In this document: positions 58,284 through 64,000 of the stretch, one piece after another
Layout of the letters: the number at the start of each line of letters is the position of its first letter
Numbering within the stretch: position 1 is the first letter of the stretch
Source: Pseudomonadota bacterium
Lineage (GTDB): Bacteria > Desulfobacterota > Desulfobacteria > Desulfobacterales > JBDRRP01
Length of the DNA: 64,000 nucleotides
Assembly (NCBI GenBank): GCA_043825735.1
Contig: JBDRRP010000062.1
Coordinates: 1-64,000 of the forward strand
Direction: 5' to 3'
The notes under the pieces: generated by a model
What the model was told of the DNA's origin: nothing
The model's input: only the letters and a program-made list of their open reading frames with translations
Databases searched by the model: none
Position numbers and translations under genes: made by a program

Positions 58284-60536
58284 TCACCCCTTGTCAGACA
58301 ATCCGTTATCGTAAACTTCGCCGCCGGTTTCCCCTGCCGGTTCCCCGCGCCGGCGGCGCATTCTGTATAGACCGTATCCGACCGACACAACAATCAAAAT
58401 CAAACCGATGCCGGTCACTCGGCGACCGGTCACATAGGAGGCCGGGAGGAATTCGAGCGCGATTCGGTGCTCTCCGGCCGGAAGGTCGACAGCTATGAAA
58501 GTATCCATAAAAGGCCTGGCGGAGGCGGCCTTTCCATTGATCCGGACCCGCCAGCCGTCATGGAAGGATTCGGTGATGACGACGGTTCCTGCGCTGCCGG
58601 TGCTGCATTGCAACAGCCGCCGGTTCGGCGTGGGGCGAGACAGGGTGACGGTGGCTTCCGGCCGGTGGCCAACACTGGAAATAAAGTAGGCCACCGGCAG
58701 TGTATCCGTGATTTCATAAAGAAAAATTCGCTGGTCCCGCCATCTGCCGCCATGAAAATCAGTCGCGTTCTGGGTATCTGTGGCCACCAGGCGAAGTCCA
58801 GCGTGATCCATCGCTTCGGTGGCGATCAGATGGGTAACCGCGGCAAGACGGAACAGTTCGGGCCGCGCAAATCCGAAGGGGCGAATGCCCCAGAAAACGC
58901 GATCCGGAGACGCGGTGCCGTCCATTCGCGTGATAAACCGCAATGAGCGCAGCAGGGCCATCGGCTCGTAGCCCCCGACCCTGTCGATACCCGCGATCAC
59001 AAACACCGGATCTTCAATCACTGAGATCAGATTGCGTCTCAACCGCTCGGGTTGAATCACCGCCACCCGGATCTGGCGAGGATCTGCAGCCAAGGCCGCC
59101 ATTATGCCTGCCGGGGGTCGCATTGTTTCAGTCCGGTGCCCCTCAAGCAGATATGGCGCCAGCAAGAGCGGATCAGCCAGGAGCCAGCCAACCAGCAGCC
59201 AGAGGCTCAACCGGCCGGGACGCAAAAAGAAAAGGGCAAAAAAGGCAACGGACAGGGCCAGCGCAGCGCCGAAACGCCAATTTGCATCGGGGCCATCCGA
59301 TCCTACTACCGGAATCCATACCACAACCGTCAGCATCAGGCCCAGTGCCGTCAGCATCAGGACGTTTCGACCGCGTTTTGCCGCCGGTCCGTCCAAAAGC
59401 GCCTGAAGACCCCAACCCGCGGCAATGGCCATGGTTACCAAAGTAAAAATGAAGTATCGGGAAGGGTTGACCAGCATTGAAAGGCCAGGCGTGGACCGGA
59501 CAATCCGGTCCAGGAAGGGAATGGCCGGCCCCATGCTCAGTAGTGCCGGCAGCACCCCCCAGACCAGCACAAAATCCCATTGTCGCAATCTCGATCCCAC
59601 GCCCAGAATCGCGAGGACAAGGCCGCCAATGCCGATGTACCCACAAAGCTCCCAGGCGTAGTCCTGAGCAAGGAATTCTGGCCGGATCAGAACGAGTATC
59701 CACTGCCGCAGGTCCCAGGAGAAATGAAACCCCATGGACGCTCCCGCCGGAAGCGGGCGCGAGGAGAGCAAGGTCTGTTCCATCGAAGGGAAAACCTGAA
59801 CTGCGGCCAGAACGAAAAAGACGATGCCGGCCCAGGCCAGATGTCCGACGAAATCCCTCCAGCCGCCTTCCGTTCTTTCCCTTATCAACCGGATGGCGCC
59901 ATGGACCGACACCAGACCGTATGCCATGAAGGCGTATTGGGGCGTGCCGCTGAGCAGGCTCAAGGCAAGGAGCGCCCCGAGCCATGTGGCGCGCGCAAAA
60001 CCCCGACTGCGCCACAGGCGAAGACAAGCCCAGAGCACCATGGGAAGCCAGCAGATGGCGTGCAGGTACCCTATCCAGCCCGCATTGATGTAGTAAAGAA
60101 TGCGGCCATTGAGCATAAAGACGCCACCCGCCGTCAGGCTGGCCGCTGACCCGCAGCCGGTCTCCCGTGCCAGGAGCCATGCACCATATCCGGCCAAGGC
60201 CATATGCAGGGCCTGCCCGATCCACAGCGCTGTAAAGAAAGGAAAAATCCAAAACACTGCGTTGAGCGGGTAAAACAAGGCGTGCTGAATGTTGCCCACC
60301 GCAGGTTGCCCCAATAGGAGGTGGGGGTTCCAAAGAGGGAATTCACCGCACTGTTGGATGCTCTGGTACTGGAATGCCTTGAGGCCGTAGAAGTAAGGAA
60401 TCAGGTCCGAGGCGGGGCCGGAAAAAAAATCGACGCGACCCAACCAAATGGGCGCATGTATCGCCAGTGGCATGAGAATAAAGACTGCCAAGGAAATTAT
60501 GGCGCCGCCTCGGCGTGACCGATGAAAGGGGGTCAC
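58284..60536 (-). CDS. YfhO-family GT-C membrane protein
   Basis: SDL, FPLWNPH..GQP..NIQ..FYP, PSRY, ESFHDGWRVRING, GEHRI. Confidence 0.83.
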   Translation of the reverse strand: MTPFHRSRRGGAIISLAVFILMPLAIHAPIWLGRVDFFSGPASDLIPYFYGLKAFQYQSIQQCGEFPLWNPHLLLGQPAVGNIQHALFYPLNAVFWIFPFFTALWIGQALHMALAGYGAWLLARETGCGSAASLTAGGVFMLNGRILYYINAGWIGYLHAICWLPMVLWACLRLWRSRGFARATWLGALLALSLLSGTPQYAFMAYGLVSVHGAIRLIRERTEGGWRDFVGHLAWAGIVFFVLAAVQVFPSMEQTLLSSRPLPAGASMGFHFSWDLRQWILVLIRPEFLAQDYAWELCGYIGIGGLVLAILGVGSRLRQWDFVLVWGVLPALLSMGPAIPFLDRIVRSTPGLSMLVNPSRYFIFTLVTMAIAAGWGLQALLDGPAAKRGRNVLMLTALGLMLTVVVWIPVVGSDGPDANWRFGAALALSVAFFALFFLRPGRLSLWLLVGWLLADPLLLAPYLLEGHRTETMRPPAGIMAALAADPRQIRVAVIQPERLRRNLISVIEDPVFVIAGIDRVGGYEPMALLRSLRFITRMDGTASPDRVFWGIRPFGFARPELFRLAAVTHLIATEAMDHAGLRLVATDTQNATDFHGGRWRDQRIFLYEITDTLPVAYFISSVGHRPEATVTLSRPTPNRRLLQCSTGSAGTVVITESFHDGWRVRINGKAASARPFMDTFIAVDLPAGEHRIALEFLPASYVTGRRVTGIGLILIVVSVGYGLYRMRRRRGEPAGETGGEVYDNGLSDKG

Positions 60537-62356
60537 CGGGACGCTCCAGGGGCCGCCTCTTTGACGCCCGCATCGATCCTGGCTGCCAGATCGGGCCGCT
60601 TGCGTTTTTCCGCTTCGGGCAACCGTGCAAAGATGACGGCCGCGCTCTTTGGGTCATTCAGGTTGAGGCGGGTCAGTGCCAGGTTGGCGAGCAGCCCGGC
60701 CGATTCAGGGGTCAGGGTCAGCCCCTTTTCCAGGGCCTTGGCGGAGTCGGTGTAATTGCCGGTCATGGCGTAAGCGCTCCCAAGGTTCCCCCAGAATGAG
60801 GGCTCTCCGGGCGCCAGGGAAACCGCCTTTTCAAACAGGAGCACGGCCTGCGGCACACGCCCCAGCCGGGTCAAGGCCATGGCCTGGTTGTTGATCAGGC
60901 GGCCACGGTTTTCCCTGCTCATGAACCTGTCCGAGATCGTATCCAGGACAGCCAGTGCCCTGTCCGGCCTGCCGGTTTCAATGAGCAGTGCCGCGTAGTT
61001 GATGTGGTTATCCACCATGTCCGTCCGGGCAGCGATCCCCTGTTGATAATAGGCTTCTGCCGTGGCAAGGTCGCCGCGGCTGTGAAGCAGTTCGCCCAGC
61101 CCGCCGGCGTAGTCAAGATTGCCGAAGACGGTCACCTCCCGTTCGAAGAATGAGGCTTCGTCGTGCCAGAGGTATTGATTCAGAAAAAGGGTGTATCCGG
61201 TAAGACCGGCAATGACCAGCGCCGTCAGGCAGGCGCCGGCGCGCCGCCATTTGGGCAGGGCCGCCGGAGGACAAAAGGCAATCGCAAAAAAAGCCATGGG
61301 AAAATAAAGCCATCGCATGGAAATCAGGGAAACGGCGGAGGTCGGAAAGATGTTGAGGACGGGAAAAAGCCCCAACAGAAAGGACAACGTGCCCATGATA
61401 ACAGCGCGGTTTCTTCGAAGCCGCCATAGCAGCAGACATACCATGGCCAACCCGGCCAGGCTCGCGGCCACATCCCAAAAGATGCCGTCAGACGGGTAAT
61501 GAATCGAAAAGCTGTGCAGTCCGACCGGCAGAAAAACGAGCCGCAGATTGTACAGGATCAGATAGGGGACCGAGAGCAGGCGCACGAAAATATCGGCGCC
61601 GGCATTGGGCGAGAGGACGGCGCCGGTCGCCGATACCCGAAGCCAGAAATAGCCTATCAATACCGCGCAGAAAGGGAGATAACCGGCCAGTTCCGCACCA
61701 GGTCTTTGACGCCCGGCATCGAATGTTCTGTTCCATACAAACAGGATCGGCAGCACCATCACCCCGTATTCCTTTGAAAGCAGTGCCAGCGTGAAACAGA
61801 GCAGCGCCATGAAGCGGTTGACAGTGGCCCGGCCCGGGTCCCGTTCGGCGTAAAATAACAAGGCCAGCATTGAAAAAAGCGCGGCCATAATGTTGTTGCG
61901 CGAAGAAATCCAGGCCACGGCCTCGGTGTTGACCGGGTGCAGGGCAAAGATCAAGACGGCGGCCACACTCTGCCAGCCGTCGGTCAGATGACGGTGCAGC
62001 AATGCCAGCAGGGCCAGACAGACAAATAAGTGCAGGATCAGGTTTGTGGTGCGAAAACCGATCGGGTTGTTTCCCCACAGCCGATAGTCCAGAGCATAGG
62101 ATAAACTGACAAGGGGCCGGTAGTATCCCGTATGATAGTCACCCTGCCACTGGTCCCTGTCCAGGATCCCGTCCTCCTGGGAAAAATAGTCGCTTGGCGA
62201 TCTGATCTGTCGAATGAAGGTATTGTTTTCTATAAGAACGTGGTCGTCCAGCAGAAAGCCGCCGGTGAAAGTGGGGGTATAGGCCAGGATCGTCAGTACG
62301 GCAACGATGGCCCATTGTTTGAACAAAACCCAGGAATGTCGAGGCTGGTCATCCAT
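60533..62356 (-). CDS. TMTC-like GT-C membrane protein with C-terminal TPRs
   Basis: FLLDDHVLIENN, YYRPLV..SYALD, FALHPVNTEAVAWISSR, LSKE, RWLYFP, TPRs; start set at ATG 62356. Confidence 0.85.
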   Translation of the reverse strand: MDDQPRHSWVLFKQWAIVAVLTILAYTPTFTGGFLLDDHVLIENNTFIRQIRSPSDYFSQEDGILDRDQWQGDYHTGYYRPLVSLSYALDYRLWGNNPIGFRTTNLILHLFVCLALLALLHRHLTDGWQSVAAVLIFALHPVNTEAVAWISSRNNIMAALFSMLALLFYAERDPGRATVNRFMALLCFTLALLSKEYGVMVLPILFVWNRTFDAGRQRPGAELAGYLPFCAVLIGYFWLRVSATGAVLSPNAGADIFVRLLSVPYLILYNLRLVFLPVGLHSFSIHYPSDGIFWDVAASLAGLAMVCLLLWRLRRNRAVIMGTLSFLLGLFPVLNIFPTSAVSLISMRWLYFPMAFFAIAFCPPAALPKWRRAGACLTALVIAGLTGYTLFLNQYLWHDEASFFEREVTVFGNLDYAGGLGELLHSRGDLATAEAYYQQGIAARTDMVDNHINYAALLIETGRPDRALAVLDTISDRFMSRENRGRLINNQAMALTRLGRVPQAVLLFEKAVSLAPGEPSFWGNLGSAYAMTGNYTDSAKALEKGLTLTPESAGLLANLALTRLNLNDPKSAAVIFARLPEAEKRKRPDLAARIDAGVKEAAPGASR

Positions 62357-62525
62357 TGTCCTGTTCTTTCCCCCCGGTAGATCCGCGGCGCCGCCTTCCG
62401 ACGTTGGCGAATGAAGGCTTCCGCGCCAGAAAACGTGGATTCCGATTGCCAATAGACGCCGTAAAACGACGATGGTCAAGAGGGCATGTTGACCAGAAGG
62501 ACCGAACGGTTCAGACCAAGGGGCG

Positions 62526-62565
62526 AAAAAAAGGGAATCCGCCTGCACTGGTCAGGCGGATTCCC
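62526..62565 (-). terminator. Rho-independent terminator downstream of pilA
   Basis: 13-bp perfect stem GGGAATCCGCCTG/CAGGCGGATTCCC (62533-62565) followed on the minus strand by a 7-T run. Confidence 0.85.
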
Positions 62566-62673
62566 CCTTTCATATTCTTTCGTACCGTTTCGGTGCCGAG
62601 TGCTTGCGCTGATCGTGAAACTCGATTCACGCCCGCATTCGATCTCCGTCATTAGCTACATAGCTTGCGGTGC

Positions 62674-63060
62674 CTATGGTTTTTGCATGGAGGCGATGGC
62701 TCCGCCAGGCCCATGGACGGTCCAGCTATATTTGCCCGCGGTGTGATAGGCGGTCATGGTGTAACCGGAATTGCTGCCAGTAAGTGCCAGGGAGACGTTC
62801 TTGGTCAGGGACAGTGCCGGCAAAGCCACGGTACCGGTGGTCGCAGCAAAGGTCTTGTAGGTCATGTCGTCAACAAAGTAGGCTTCCTGTGCGGTCATCA
62901 TGTTTTTCATGTCGCTAAGGGATGCCGCGTCATAGGAGCGCTGGCGGTAGCTCACGAAGTTCGGGATGGCGATGGCGGCCAGAATACCGATAATCGCGAT
63001 AACGATCATCAGCTCGATCAGGGTAAAACCTTTGTCGTTGTTTCTCATTTTCTGAATCAT
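62674..63060 (-). CDS. pilA: Type IVa major pilin
   Basis: Basic leader ending [26 protein letters not shown] (E5); AGGAGG RBS; downstream of pilR with its own sigma54 promoter and terminator. Confidence 0.93.
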   Translation of the reverse strand: MIQKMRNNDKGFTLIELMIVIAIIGILAAIAIPNFVSYRQRSYDAASLSDMKNMMTAQEAYFVDDMTYKTFAATTGTVALPALSLTKNVSLALTGSNSGYTMTAYHTAGKYSWTVHGPGGAIASMQKP

Positions 63061-63212
63061 TGTTTCCTCCTGTGGTTGTGAGTCATGGTTTTTTTCTCTT
63101 ATTCGTACGCCGCAATTGTAAGGCGATGTTCAGCTGGCTTTTCCGCTGATCTTACTGATGAATGGACGACTTTTGTATTTCCATCAGTCTACAAATCTTG
63201 AGCTAAATGTCA

Positions 63213-63228
63213 AGCAATGAGTGTGCCA
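63213..63228 (-). promoter_or_regulatory. Sigma54 (-24/-12) promoter of pilA
   Basis: Minus strand TGGCAC-ACTCA-TTGCT, a consensus match with exact spacing. Confidence 0.88.
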
Positions 63229-63333
63229 CGGCATAGTGAAGTTGCTTACACATCGCAACCCTATAGAATTAATAACTTTTTTTAAAAAACTCGCTGATTC
63301 CGATAGCAACAACAATACTTCCGCCCTTGATTC

Positions 63334-63392
63334 GTGACAAAATTTGTCACCATTTTACCAATATTTGTCACACCCCGGCTGCAATTTGTCGC
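63334..63392. promoter_or_regulatory. Putative PilR enhancer sites
   Basis: Palindrome GTGACAAA-A-TTTGTCAC at 63334-63350; TTTGTCRC half-sites start at 63343, 63364 and 63385 (21-bp period). Confidence 0.7.
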
Positions 63393-63395
63393 CGG

Positions 63396-64000
63396 CTACA
63401 TCAAATCATGTTTTGATAGACGGTACCGAAGGGACCTGAGGGATACGCCGAGAAGTTCGGCAGCCTTCTGCCGGTTTCCCTCTGATACCTCCAGGGCTTT
63501 TCCGAGATACGCCGCCTCGATGCGGTCCATGATGCTGTCCAGTTCGACGCCCGCGGTAACGGCATCGAGATCGAATCGGTTCTTGTCGACGCCTTCGATC
63601 CACCGCCGCTTGTGCAGAGACAATGCAAGACTGTCCGGCAAAATGATATTGGTGGTGGACAGGGCCACGCTGCGCTCCATGAGATTTTCCAACTCTCTGA
63701 CATTTCCGGGAAAATCATATTTCTGGAGCAAATCGATGGCATAGGACGAAATCTTTGCGATCTGTTTGCCCATTTCCTGAGAATACTTTTCCAGAAAATG
63801 CTGGGCCAGGGCCTTGAGATCGCTTTTTCGCTCCCTGAGCGGCGGCACCTTCAACTCGATAACGTTGAGCCGATAAAAAAGGTCTTCCCGAAACCGGCCG
63901 GCAATGACCTCGGCTTCAAGGCTCCGATTGGTGGCGGAGATGAAGCGGACATCAATTTTAATATCGCTGTTGCTGCCGACAGGCTTTATGACCTTTTCTT
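63396..64000 (-). CDS. pilR: Sigma54-dependent enhancer-binding response regulator, C-terminal part (5' truncated by the window)
   Basis: DVRFISATNR, GRFREDLFYRLNVI, PPLRER, FPGNVRELEN, Fis-type HTH (GNRQKAAELLGVSLRSLRYRL); immediately upstream of pilA. Confidence 0.88.
   Translation of the reverse strand, partial: EKVIKPVGSNSDIKIDVRFISATNRSLEAEVIAGRFREDLFYRLNVIELKVPPLRERKSDLKALAQHFLEKYSQEMGKQIAKISSYAIDLLQKYDFPGNVRELENLMERSVALSTTNIILPDSLALSLHKRRWIEGVDKNRFDLDAVTAGVELDSIMDRIEAAYLGKALEVSEGNRQKAAELLGVSLRSLRYRLSKHDLM

Noticed and set aside
63061..63200. c-di-GMP or other riboswitch in the pilA leader
   Set aside because: Hairpins are present but I could not match conserved riboswitch motifs; an Rfam/Infernal scan would be needed.
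1..64000. CRISPR array, tRNA/rRNA, transposase, integrase or prophage genes
   Set aside because: No regularly spaced repeat-spacer units, RNA gene signatures or such protein motifs were recognised; the window is almost fully occupied by assigned CDSs.

Overview
GC-rich bacterial window whose gene content suggests Desulfobacterales/Deltaproteobacteria (inference). The left edge carries rpe, aroQ and a vapBC module. A wHTH/nucleotidyltransferase-like regulator then heads a ~34 kb plus-strand glycan biosynthesis and tailoring run (3.4-37.0 kb). That run holds GDP-heptose-type genes (CBS-HddA, HddC, a Cj1427-like dehydrogenase, a Glf-like mutase), NeuA/NeuB/NeuD, four DegT-fold PLP enzymes, three B12 radical SAMs, one SPASM/twitch radical SAM, several methyltransferases including a methyltransferase-kinase fusion, a flippase, GT2s and one GT-C. 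It converges on a mostly minus-strand run that starts at pilR (partial) and a sigma54-driven type IVa pilin. Downstream of the pilin are three TMTC-like TPR glycosyltransferases, two YfhO-like and two ArnT/PMT-like GT-Cs, polyprenyl-phosphate-sugar-synthase-type GT2s, a membrane/spermidine-synthase-like fusion, a phd-relE module and a fourth B12 radical SAM. Best overall reading (inference): an elaborate pilin/surface-protein glycosylation island, possibly making unusual heptose-derived or ulosonic sugars. No rRNA, tRNA, CRISPR array, transposase or integrase was recognised. All family assignments come from motif recognition by eye, not from database searches.
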